DNA from: Turicibacter sp. TJ11
GTDB lineage: Bacteria > Bacillota_I > Bacilli_A > MOL361 > Turicibacteraceae
Assembly (NCBI RefSeq): GCF_021497505.1
Contig: NZ_CP069349.1
Span: 179,861 to 211,860 of the forward strand
Direction: 5' to 3'
DNA length: 32,000 nucleotides
In this document: piece after piece, positions 8,244 to 16,602 of the stretch
Position numbering within the stretch: the first letter of the stretch is position 1
How the letters are laid out: every line of letters begins with the position of its first letter
Program-made: the position numbers and the translations under genes
The notes under the pieces: generated by a model
Told to the model about the DNA's origin: nothing
The model's input: the letters and a program-made list of their open reading frames with translations, nothing else
Databases searched by the model: none

Positions 8244-10934
8244 ATGCGAGATAAGTCTAAATACACACCCATGATGCAGCAATATTTGACTATCAAGGAA
8301 AATTATCAAGATGCTTTTGTCTTTTTTAGACTAGGTGATTTTTATGAATTATTTTTTGAAGATGCACAGTTAGCTGCCAAGGAGTTAGAAATTGCATTAA
8401 CTGGACGTGAAGCGGGAGCAGAAGAACGCGTTCCGATGTGTGGGGTTCCTCATCATTCGGCAGAAAATTATATTAATCGTTTAATTGAACGTGGATATAA
8501 AGTGGCGGTTTGTGAACAGGTTGAAGATCCGGCGAGTGCCAAAGGGGTTGTCCGTCGTGAAGTTGTGCGCTTATTAACGCCAGGAACAGTCATGAATCAA
8601 ACGGCTTTAAATGAAAAAGAAAATAACTTTATTTTATCAATTGTTGCTTTTGAAGATGCCTATGCAGTTGCTTATAGTGATTTATCAACGGGAGAAAACT
8701 ATGCGATGCGTCTACCAAAAGAAAATCAAGTTCTAATTGGAGAACTTATTAGCTTAGGTTGTAAGGAAATTGTTATTGGTTCAGAAATAGAGACAGCCAT
8801 GTTTGATAATTTACGTGCCCTAAGACAAATTGTTTTATCATACGAAGAAGAGTGTCTCATTCCAATTGAATATCAACTTTTAGTTGATGAAATAAATGAT
8901 GATTATTTAAAACAAGCATTTGGTCGATTAGTAAGCTACTTAGTTCGTACACAAAAAAGTGCACTCGGACATTTACAACCGATTAGCTTAACTAAAAACG
9001 AAGATTATTTAAGTATTGATTACAATTCACGTCGAAATTTAGAATTAACAGAAACCATTCGTTCAAAGTCTCGTCAAGGTTCTTTACTTTGGCTATTAGA
9101 TAAAACAAAAACAGCGATGGGAAGTCGTTTACTTAAGCAATGGATTGAACGCCCATCGATTAGTGAACCATTAATTAATGAGCGCCTAGATGTAGTTCAA
9201 GCATTTATGAATGATTTTATGATCAAAGAAGAATTAAAACGTCATTTAGATGAAGTGTATGATTTAGAACGCTTAGCGGGTCGAATTGCCTTTGGAAATG
9301 CCAATGCTCGTGATTTATTGCAACTTCATTCCTCGCTTAATCAAATTCCACACATTAAAGCTTTATTGAATCAATTAGCCATGCCATCGATCGATCATCA
9401 ACTAAATAAGCTAGTTGATTGCTCTCACATTACGTCTATTTTAGAAAAGGCCATTGTTGAAAATCCCCCAATTAATATTAAGGAAGGTGGCATTATTAAA
9501 GATGGCTATCATGAAACGTTAGATGAATATCGCTACATCGTCACGCATGGAAAGGAATGGATTTTAGCGTTAGAAGCGGCTGAGCGTGAAAAAACAGGGA
9601 TTCGTTCTTTAAAGATTAAGTATAACAAAGTATTTGGTTACTATATTGAAATTAGTAAAGCTAACTTACACTTAATCCCAGATGATGCGGGATATGAGCG
9701 TAAACAAACGTTAGTAAATGCGGAACGCTTTATAACAGAGGAGCTAAAAGAAAAAGAGAATCTTATTTTAAATGCGGAAGAAAAATCAATCCAATTAGAA
9801 TATGAATTATTTACTGAATTACGTCAAATGGTGAAGAATGAAATTCCTAAAATTCAGCAAATTGCAAAAGTTATGGCTTATTTTGATGTTTTACAATCAT
9901 TTGCAACAGTGAGCGAAGAACATCGTTACGTCCGTCCAATGTTAAATCATCATCATGTCATTGAAATTAAAGATGGTCGTCATCCAGTAGTTGAAAAGGT
10001 ATTAAAAGGAACGCAGTATGTTGAAAATGACTGCATCATGCCAGAGGATTTATCAATTTTATTAATTACAGGCCCAAATATGTCCGGAAAATCAACGTAT
10101 ATGCGTCAATTAGCGCTGATTTCAATTATGGCTCAAATTGGATGTTATGTGCCAGCAAGTTCTGCTAATGTTCCTATTTTTGATCAAATCTTCACACGAA
10201 TTGGAGCGGCCGATGATTTAGTTTCGGGTCATAGTACATTTATGGTTGAGATGATGGAAACCAACTATGCCTTAGAACATGCGACAAAGGATAGTTTGAT
10301 CTTACTTGATGAAATTGGACGAGGGACAGCAACGTTTGATGGAATGGCGTTAGCTCAATCTATTATTGAATATGTCCATGATAAAGTAGGAGCTAAAACA
10401 TTATTTTCAACGCATTATCATGAATTAACCCAACTTGAAGAAAAGTGTGATCACTTAGAAAATCGTCATGTTCGTGCTGAAGAGCATGAAGGACAACTTA
10501 TTTTTATGCATAAATTGATGGAAGGACCATCAGATAAAAGTTATGGAATTCATGTGGCTGAGATTGCGAAGCTCCCATCTAGTCTTATTGCTCGTGCTAA
10601 ACAGTTATTAGATGTTTTAGAAAAAGATAAAACTACCATTCAAACGTCATTAGAAACGGCTGTCAAAGAGGAAGACCGATCAGTTCTCACTTCATCTGAG
10701 CCGATCATTAAAACAGAGCCAGTTTTAGAAGGAGAGCAAGGTCAGTTATCATTATTTGAAGTAGCCGAAGCGAAGAAAAAGGTAGCACCTAAGACAGAAG
10801 TAAAAGTAGAATATGTCAATCCATATGAAGATATTATTAATGAGCTGGATCAAATTGATTTATATCAATTAACGCCGATGCAGGCGATGAATATGATGTA
10901 TGAGTTAAAGGTGAAGATGAATCAAAGAAAGTAG
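8244..10934 (+). CDS. mutS: DNA mismatch repair protein MutS
   Basis: TPMMQQYLTIKENYQDAFVFFRLGDFYELFFEDA, P-loop TGPNMSGKST, DEIGRGTATFDG; ATG at 8244 with AAGGAG SD. Confidence 0.99.
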   Translation: MRDKSKYTPMMQQYLTIKENYQDAFVFFRLGDFYELFFEDAQLAAKELEIALTGREAGAEERVPMCGVPHHSAENYINRLIERGYKVAVCEQVEDPASAKGVVRREVVRLLTPGTVMNQTALNEKENNFILSIVAFEDAYAVAYSDLSTGENYAMRLPKENQVLIGELISLGCKEIVIGSEIETAMFDNLRALRQIVLSYEEECLIPIEYQLLVDEINDDYLKQAFGRLVSYLVRTQKSALGHLQPISLTKNEDYLSIDYNSRRNLELTETIRSKSRQGSLLWLLDKTKTAMGSRLLKQWIERPSISEPLINERLDVVQAFMNDFMIKEELKRHLDEVYDLERLAGRIAFGNANARDLLQLHSSLNQIPHIKALLNQLAMPSIDHQLNKLVDCSHITSILEKAIVENPPINIKEGGIIKDGYHETLDEYRYIVTHGKEWILALEAAEREKTGIRSLKIKYNKVFGYYIEISKANLHLIPDDAGYERKQTLVNAERFITEELKEKENLILNAEEKSIQLEYELFTELRQMVKNEIPKIQQIAKVMAYFDVLQSFATVSEEHRYVRPMLNHHHVIEIKDGRHPVVEKVLKGTQYVENDCIMPEDLSILLITGPNMSGKSTYMRQLALISIMAQIGCYVPASSANVPIFDQIFTRIGAADDLVSGHSTFMVEMMETNYALEHATKDSLILLDEIGRGTATFDGMALAQSIIEYVHDKVGAKTLFSTHYHELTQLEEKCDHLENRHVRAEEHEGQLIFMHKLMEGPSDKSYGIHVAEIAKLPSSLIARAKQLLDVLEKDKTTIQTSLETAVKEEDRSVLTSSEPIIKTEPVLEGEQGQLSLFEVAEAKKKVAPKTEVKVEYVNPYEDIINELDQIDLYQLTPMQAMNMMYELKVKMNQRK

Positions 10935-10941
10935 GTGACTT

Positions 10942-12803
10942 ATGGGGAAAATAATGCGTATGAGTGAGCAATTAGCCAATATGATTGCAGCGGGAGAAGT
11001 AATTGAACGTCCCGCTTCAGTCGTTAAAGAGTTGCTTGAGAATGCGATTGATGCCAAAAGTACAAGTATTGAAATTCATTTACAAGATTCTGGGGTTCGT
11101 CAAATTAAAGTCATCGATAATGGTGAGGGGATGAGTGAAGAAGACGCTCATCTTGCCTTTGAACGTCATGCCACTAGTAAGGTTAAAACACAGTACGATA
11201 TTTTTCGAATTCAAACATTAGGATTTAGAGGAGAAGCACTTCCTTCGATTGCTTCAGTTTCAGATGTTCATGTGAAGACGTCAGATGGAATGAAAAGTGG
11301 ACTTCATCTAAACATTAAAGGTGGAGAAGTCTTATCCTCTAAGCCCGGTGTGATGCGTAAAGGAACAGAGATGGAAGTCAATCATCTATTTTTTAATACG
11401 CCTGCTCGATTAAAACATATTAAATCATTAAATACAGAATTAAGTCATATTACGGATTATATTAATAAGATTGCTCTTTCATATCCTGAGATTTCGTTTA
11501 AATTATTTAATAATCAACGATTACTCTTTCAAACGAATGGACAAAATAATTTACAAAGTGTGATTTCTAACGTTTATGGGTTTGATATTGCAAAAAAATG
11601 CTACCTTTTTCAGCGCAAAGTGATGGCTATGAAATATCCGGTTTTATTAGTGATCCGATTATAAATCGAGCCTCTCGAAATTATGTGACACTGATTGTAA
11701 ATGGTCGTGCGATTCGAAACTATAATTTAACGCGTTCCATTTTAGAAGCTTATCATACGCTTCTTCCTAAAGATAAATATCCCATTGTGGTTCTCAATTT
11801 AAAACTAGATCCGATTTTAGTGGACGTTAATGTTCATCCAGCTAAACTAGAAGTCCGTTTTTCGCAAGAAGAAAGGTTAAAAACCTTTATTTATACAGAA
11901 ATAAAAAAGGTGTTAAAAACAATTGACTACATCCCCCAAACGGAATTGTCAATTGAAAGAACTAAAGAAGTTATTAAACCTGTTCAAGAAACGTTAAGCT
12001 TTCAGGTCTCTAACCAGTTAACCAAACCAATCATCTCGTCGTCATTTGAAAAAGAATCCACGCTCTTAAAGTCGACGACACCACTCGTTGAAGAGATAAG
12101 AGAAAGTCAAGAAGTGATAAAGGTAAACGAGAACAATCTTAATGACCATGATAGAGAGGTTACGTTTAAACAAGAGGAAAAAGATGAACTTAAACTAGTT
12201 GCCCCAACTCAAAAGAAGGAAACCACTTTAGAGCTTTATTATATTGGTCAACTTCATGGGACGTATTTATTAGCACAGAATCAAGAGGGATTATTTATTG
12301 TTGATCAACATGCGGCCATGGAACGTGTTCAATATGAAAAAAACTATCGCTTATTAGCAGATGTAAATTCAGATAATTTTGAGTTACTCATTCCATTAGT
12401 TTTAAAGTATTCAACGAATGAGTTATTACTTTTAAAAGAGGCGTTACCTTCTTTAATGGAATTTGGATTTGAGATTGAAGAGTTTGGTGGTCAATCGGTT
12501 GTTGTTCGTTCCGTTCCGATTTGGGCACAGAAATTAGATGCAAAGTTAATCGTTGAAACGATTTTAAATCAAATTATTTTAGATAATAAAGTTGATATTG
12601 GAAAGTTACGTGAATCGGTGGCTATTATGATGAGTTGTAAAGGTTCAATTAAAGCCAATCAATACATTAATGAGTATGAAATCAAAGAATTATTACAAAG
12701 TCTTTGTGATTGTGAACAGCCATATACTTGTCCGCACGGACGTCCGATCATTGTCAAAATGACAAAACATGAAATTGAAAAATTGTTTAAACGTGTGATG
12801 TAG
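10942..12803 (+). pseudogene. mutL: mutL, MutL mismatch repair endonuclease with a -1 frameshift at an A7 tract (11592-11598); may be phase-variable, programmed or an assembly error rather than dead
   Basis: Frame 1 (10942-11664) has the MutL ATPase domain (ELLENAIDAKST, GFRGEALPSIASV) and then loses homology. Frame 2 from 11598 continues KMLPFSAQ...VNGRAIRN and has intact DQHA(x)2E(x)4E and CPHGRP motifs. One extra base restores a 620-aa MutL. Confidence 0.9.
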
Positions 12804-12812
12804 GTGAATAAG

Positions 12813-13724
12813 ATGAATGTGTTATGTATCGTTGGACCAACAGCAGTTGGAAAGACAAAGATGAGTATTGAATTAGCCAAACAACTAAATGGTGAAATTA
12901 TTAGTGGGGATTCCATGCAAATTTATCGTGGAATGGATATTGGAACCGCAAAAGCTACATTAGAGGAACGACAAGGAATTATTCATCATCTGATTGATGA
13001 AAAAAATCCGGATGAGTCTTATTCTGTGGCAGCTTTTCAACAAACGGTTCGTGCGAAAATTGCTGAGATTCAATCTCGTGGAAAACTTCCGATTATTGTA
13101 GGAGGAACAGGTCTTTATATTAAAAGTGTTTTATATGACTACGAATTTGCGGGTGAATCTGAGTCAAAAGAAGTAGATGAAAAGAAGTATGGTCATCTAA
13201 CAAACGAAGAATTACATGCTAAATTAGCTGCTGTTGATGAGGCGGGTGCTAAAGAGATTCATCCAAACAATCGAAAGCGTGTGATTCGTGCGCTTGAAAT
13301 TTATGAAACATCAGGAGTTAAAAAATCAGAGATGATTGAACGCCAAGAACATCAGATGATCTATGATGCGTGTTTGATTGGGTTAACAGATGACCGCAGG
13401 GCTTTGTATGATCGAATTAATAGGCGAGTGGATGTGATGTATGAACAGGGGCTTGTTGAAGAAGTGAAAGCTTTATTTGATCAAAATATTCCTGAAAGTG
13501 CTCAGTCTATTCGTGCCATAGGATATAAAGAACTTTACGACTACTTTAAAGGTTTAATTTCTTTAGAGGAGAGTAAAGAGTTAATTAAGCGTAATTCACG
13601 TCGTTATGCTAAACGTCAGTATACGTGGTTTAATAATCAGATGGATGTGACTTGGTTTGATGTGAATGTTAATGACTTTAATCAAACGGTTCAAGAGGTC
13701 TTAACATGTGTTAAGAATCAATAA
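12813..13724 (+). CDS. miaA: tRNA dimethylallyltransferase MiaA
   Basis: GPTAVGKTKMSIELA, ISGDSMQIYRGMDIGTAK; ATG 12813 preceded by AGGTGA (track GTG start lies in the SD). Confidence 0.97.
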   Translation: MNVLCIVGPTAVGKTKMSIELAKQLNGEIISGDSMQIYRGMDIGTAKATLEERQGIIHHLIDEKNPDESYSVAAFQQTVRAKIAEIQSRGKLPIIVGGTGLYIKSVLYDYEFAGESESKEVDEKKYGHLTNEELHAKLAAVDEAGAKEIHPNNRKRVIRALEIYETSGVKKSEMIERQEHQMIYDACLIGLTDDRRALYDRINRRVDVMYEQGLVEEVKALFDQNIPESAQSIRAIGYKELYDYFKGLISLEESKELIKRNSRRYAKRQYTWFNNQMDVTWFDVNVNDFNQTVQEVLTCVKNQ

Positions 13725-13793
13725 AAGCATTTGAAAATTTTTTGCTAGAGTTTTATAACTTGAAATGGTTCAATTGAATTTCAAGAGAATATT

Positions 13794-13828
13794 AAAAGGG
13801 CTATCTTCTAATAAGATAGCCCTTTTAA
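13794..13828. terminator. Bidirectional terminator between convergent miaA and nitroreductase genes
   Basis: AAAAGGGCTATCTT ctaat AAGATAGCCCTTTT. Confidence 0.9.
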
Positions 13829-13845
13829 TTATATTTAGCAGTTAT

Positions 13846-14484
13846 TTAATCAATAAAGGTAATGACGTCTTCTAATGGTTTACGCGCAGGTTGAGGAGGG
13901 GTTTTCTCTTCAGGGACACCTAATGAAATCATAGACATTAACTCATAACCTTCTTTTTCAAATCCAATTAAGGCTTCAATGTCTTTTTTTGCATGAGTAG
14001 GACCTGTCATATAGCAAGTTCCATATCCCATTTCAGAGGCAGCCAATAAAAAGTTTTCAACGGCAGCACCAATAGCTTGAGCACCAGATTGAGGAGAAAC
14101 TAAAACGTCTAATATTTCTTGAGGAGCATCGTTTTCTTTTAAAATTTTATATTCAATCATCTTATACTCACAACCATAAACCAAGATAACAACAGGTGCG
14201 TCTTTAAAGCAAGTATAGTAATTGATGACACTCATATGTCTAGTATAATCTCTTTCATTTTTAGCTAGATTACCAATGGTTTGATGACTTTTTGTCACTA
14301 GATCTGCCATTTCATGAATCAGTTTTTTATTTTGTAAGATGACAAAATGCCAGTTTTGTTGGTGTTTTGGTGAGGGTGCATAAGTAGCTGCTTTTAAAAG
14401 CTCAAGAATATCTTGTTTAGGGATTGGTGTATCTTTAAATTTTCTTATACTTTTTCGTTGATAAATAAAATCTAAATTAGCCAT
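13846..14484 (-). CDS. nitroreductase family protein (FMN-dependent oxidoreductase)
   Basis: IYQRKSIRKFKDTPIPKQDILELLKAATYAPSPKHQQNWHF... typical nitroreductase; ATG at 14484 preceded by aaaggagag on the minus strand. Confidence 0.92.
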   Translation of the reverse strand: MANLDFIYQRKSIRKFKDTPIPKQDILELLKAATYAPSPKHQQNWHFVILQNKKLIHEMADLVTKSHQTIGNLAKNERDYTRHMSVINYYTCFKDAPVVILVYGCEYKMIEYKILKENDAPQEILDVLVSPQSGAQAIGAAVENFLLAASEMGYGTCYMTGPTHAKKDIEALIGFEKEGYELMSMISLGVPEEKTPPQPARKPLEDVITFID

Positions 14485-14524
14485 AGACGTCTCTCCTTTA
14501 TAAAGTCGATTTAATATTAAACCG

Positions 14525-14553
14525 ATTTTATATTGTTTTGAAGTATTTGTCAA
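14525..14553 (-). promoter_or_regulatory. sigma-A promoter for the nitroreductase gene
   Basis: Minus strand: TTGACA (14553-14548) - 17 nt - TAAAAT (14530-14525). Confidence 0.7.
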
Positions 14554-14695
14554 TTTGAGATTTCATGATTAATAAGCAGTTATCTGTTTAAAACGTTAAA
14601 CAGCGTATATTTTAGATCTAAAAGTGGAATAAATTTGATTGATTTTTCAGAAGATGAAGTTAAAACATAGAAAAATGAATATTGTGTTTAAAAAG

Positions 14696-14732
14696 AAAAA
14701 AGATATAGGATTTTTTAATCCTATATCTTTTA
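14696..14732 (-). terminator. Terminator downstream of lexA
   Basis: AAAGATATAGGATT tttt AATCCTATATCTTT with T-rich tract on the minus strand. Confidence 0.85.
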
Positions 14733-14748
14733 TAGACAAAAAATAAAA

Positions 14749-15399
14749 TTAATGCATCGTTCTAAATAGGCCAATAACTTTACCAACGATGGTAACATCT
14801 TTAGCAATAATAGGTTCTAGTAAATCATTTTCAGGTTGTAAACGAATGTAATTGGCTTCTTTAAAGAAACGCTTCACAGTAACTTCATGATCTTCAGCTA
14901 ACATAGCAACGACAATGTCACCATTTAAAGCATCTTGCTGTTGTTGGACGATGATTTGATCGCCATCATGAATTCCAGCATTGATCATAGAATCACCACG
15001 AACATTTAGCATAAATACTTGCTGATTAGTTGGGATTAAATGTGTCGGAAGAGGAAAGAAATCGTCAGGATTTTCAATCGCTTCAATAGGCGTTCCTGCT
15101 GTTACTTTACCAATGACCGGAACATTAATTACCGATTTTAATTCAATGACATTTGAATTTTGTTTCGTTTGTTCTTCTTTAGATTCAGGCGACAAAATAA
15201 CAATTCCTCGTGTTGTTGACTTATCTTTTCGAATTAGTCCCTTTTTTTCAAGTTGATTTAACTGATTGTGTACAGATGCTGTTGATGAAAGTCCAACAGC
15301 TAATCCGATTTCACGAACACTAGGTGGATACCCACGTTTATCAACCTCTTCTTTAATGAAATCAAGAATGGCCTGTTGGCGTTTGGTGATCGGTTTCAT
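14749..15399 (-). CDS. lexA: SOS transcriptional repressor LexA
   Basis: N-terminal wHTH (KRQQAILDFIKEEVDKRGYPPSVREIGLAVGLSSTASVHNQL), C-terminal S24 peptidase domain with cleavage/catalytic motifs (TAGTPIEA, GDSMINAGI). Confidence 0.98.
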   Translation of the reverse strand: MKPITKRQQAILDFIKEEVDKRGYPPSVREIGLAVGLSSTASVHNQLNQLEKKGLIRKDKSTTRGIVILSPESKEEQTKQNSNVIELKSVINVPVIGKVTAGTPIEAIENPDDFFPLPTHLIPTNQQVFMLNVRGDSMINAGIHDGDQIIVQQQQDALNGDIVVAMLAEDHEVTVKRFFKEANYIRLQPENDLLEPIIAKDVTIVGKVIGLFRTMH

Positions 15400-15430
15400 G
15401 TTTTCTAACCTCCTTCCGTTTAATAAGTTA

Positions 15431-15459
15431 ATTATATCAGTAAATGGTTATGAAAGCAA
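15431..15459 (-). promoter_or_regulatory. lexA promoter
   Basis: Minus strand: TTGCTT - 17 nt - TATAAT; the -35 overlaps a LexA box. Confidence 0.75.
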
Positions 15460-15470
15460 ACATTCGTTCT
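15457..15470. promoter_or_regulatory. LexA box 1 (CAAACATTCGTTCT)
   Basis: Near-match to CGAACNNNNGTTCG, overlapping the lexA -35. Confidence 0.75.
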
Positions 15471-15475
15471 TTTTA

Positions 15476-15504
15476 TTGACAACGAACAAATGTTCTAATA
15501 TAAT
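15476..15504 (+). promoter_or_regulatory. consensus sigma-A promoter for the divergent SOS small ORF
   Basis: TTGACA (15476-15481) - 17 nt - TATAAT (15499-15504). Confidence 0.9.
15483..15496. promoter_or_regulatory. LexA box 2 (CGAACAAATGTTCT) inside the promoter spacer
   Basis: GAAC-N4-GTTC dyad lying entirely between -35 and -10. Confidence 0.9.
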
Positions 15505-15516
15505 ATTTCTGTAAAT

Positions 15517-15530
15517 CGAACATTTGTTTT
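15517..15530. promoter_or_regulatory. LexA box 3 (CGAACATTTGTTTT)
   Basis: Near-consensus dyad just downstream of the expected transcription start. Confidence 0.75.
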
Positions 15531-15548
15531 AAAAAAAGAGGGATTAAG

Positions 15549-15722
15549 ATGTTTAATAAAATTTGTTTAACCATTTATTCATATCGTTGTTTAATTGGGA
15601 TTTATTTTTTTGGAATTGGATTACTAGGATTATGTTTTGTTGACTTAAGTATGTTGTTAGAAAGTTTTAAGCCTCAAGCAATTATTCCTTTTTTAGAAGT
15701 TATTGCTTATCAATTGAAATGA
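15549..15722 (+). CDS. unannotated 57-aa single-TM protein under SOS control, in the yneA position; candidate SOS cell-division inhibitor
   Basis: MFNKICLTIYSYRCLIGIYFFGIGLLGLCFVDLSMLLESFKPQAIIPFLEVIAYQLK*; SD gaggg 6 nt upstream of ATG; below the track length cutoff. Confidence 0.8.
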   Translation: MFNKICLTIYSYRCLIGIYFFGIGLLGLCFVDLSMLLESFKPQAIIPFLEVIAYQLK

Positions 15723-15764
15723 AATTTGGTATATTAATGAGGAATCATTAATGGAGGTAACGAC

Positions 15765-16007
15765 ATGTTAACAGCAGATAAATTAAATCGTCTCAATGAA
15801 TTAGCTAAAAAGAAAAAACTTGGAACAATCACGGATGAAGAGTTGAAAGAACAACAAGTCTTACGTGAAGAATATTTAATGACATTTAGAGAAAGTATGA
15901 AAAATACAATTGAGAATGTTAAAGTCATTGATCCAAACGGTGAAGACGTAACACCTGAGAAATTAAAGCAAATTCAGGCTAAGCGAAAATCTGAAGAAAT
16001 TCATTAA
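15765..16007 (+). CDS. ynzC: DUF896 family protein (YnzC-like)
   Basis: KLNRLNELAKKKKLGTITDEELKEQQVLREEYL...VTPEKL. Confidence 0.93.
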   Translation: MLTADKLNRLNELAKKKKLGTITDEELKEQQVLREEYLMTFRESMKNTIENVKVIDPNGEDVTPEKLKQIQAKRKSEEIH

Positions 16008-16010
16008 AAT

Positions 16011-16047
16011 AAAAAAGACCTTTTCAACTAAGAAAAGGTCTTTTTTA
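16011..16047. terminator. Bidirectional terminator between ynzC and ferredoxin gene
   Basis: AAAAAAGACCTTTTC aactaa GAAAAGGTCTTTTTT. Confidence 0.9.
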
Positions 16048-16055
16048 CTATTTTA

Positions 16056-16223
16056 TTAAGCTTCTACGATTGAATCTGTTGGACAAACAGCTTCACAAGC
16101 GCAGCAGTCGATACATACATCTGCATCGATCACGTAGATATCTCCATCAGAAATACATTCTACTGGACATTCAGCAGCACATGAACCGCAAGCAATACAA
16201 GTATCTAAAATTTTACGTGGCAT
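16056..16223 (-). CDS. small 2[4Fe-4S] ferredoxin (55 aa)
   Basis: CIACGSCAAECP and CIDCCACEAVCP motifs; ATG 16223 preceded by gggaggt; the track start adds 26 spurious N-terminal residues. Confidence 0.95.
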   Translation of the reverse strand: MPRKILDTCIACGSCAAECPVECISDGDIYVIDADVCIDCCACEAVCPTDSIVEA

Positions 16224-16545
16224 ACTAACTACCTCCCTAAAAAAGTACGGAATAATTATAACATATTCGATCCGAATCTGTAATCCTAATTGACGAAACA
16301 AGTAAGAAATAAAAGGTATTTGACGTTAAAATAAGAAAAATGTCATTTTATATTTTTAATCAGTTATATATAAGTCCAGATAAGTTTTTCATATCGTAAA
16401 AACTTTTAGCTGGACTATAGTCTGTCTTAGTATTAAAAAGAATTCCTAACTAATCCTGCTATAAAATGATGAAATATATTTCTGTTTCCATATAGAAAAA
16501 ATTTTACCAATAAAATGAAGAATAAGAACTTTTTTTTCTAAAATA

Positions 16546-16574
16546 TTGTAAAATTTTCGACAAAAGGGTATGAT
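16546..16574 (+). promoter_or_regulatory. candidate tkt promoter with a Spo0A-box-like sequence in the spacer
   Basis: TTGTAA - 17 nt - TATGAT; TTTTCGACAAAA (reverse complement TTTTGTCGAAAA) at 16554-16565. Confidence 0.5.
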
Positions 16575-16602
16575 ATAGATGGTATAAAAGGAGGTCAATA
16601 AC

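Noticed and set aside
12659-12916. Minus-strand ORF across the mutL/miaA junction
   Set aside because: Antisense to the conserved MutL C-terminus and MiaA P-loop; spurious.
15266-15928. ORFs 15266-15514(+) antisense to lexA and 15734-15928(-) antisense to ynzC
   Set aside because: Overlap conserved genes; the first runs into the LexA operators. The supported product here is the 57-aa ORF at 15549-15722.
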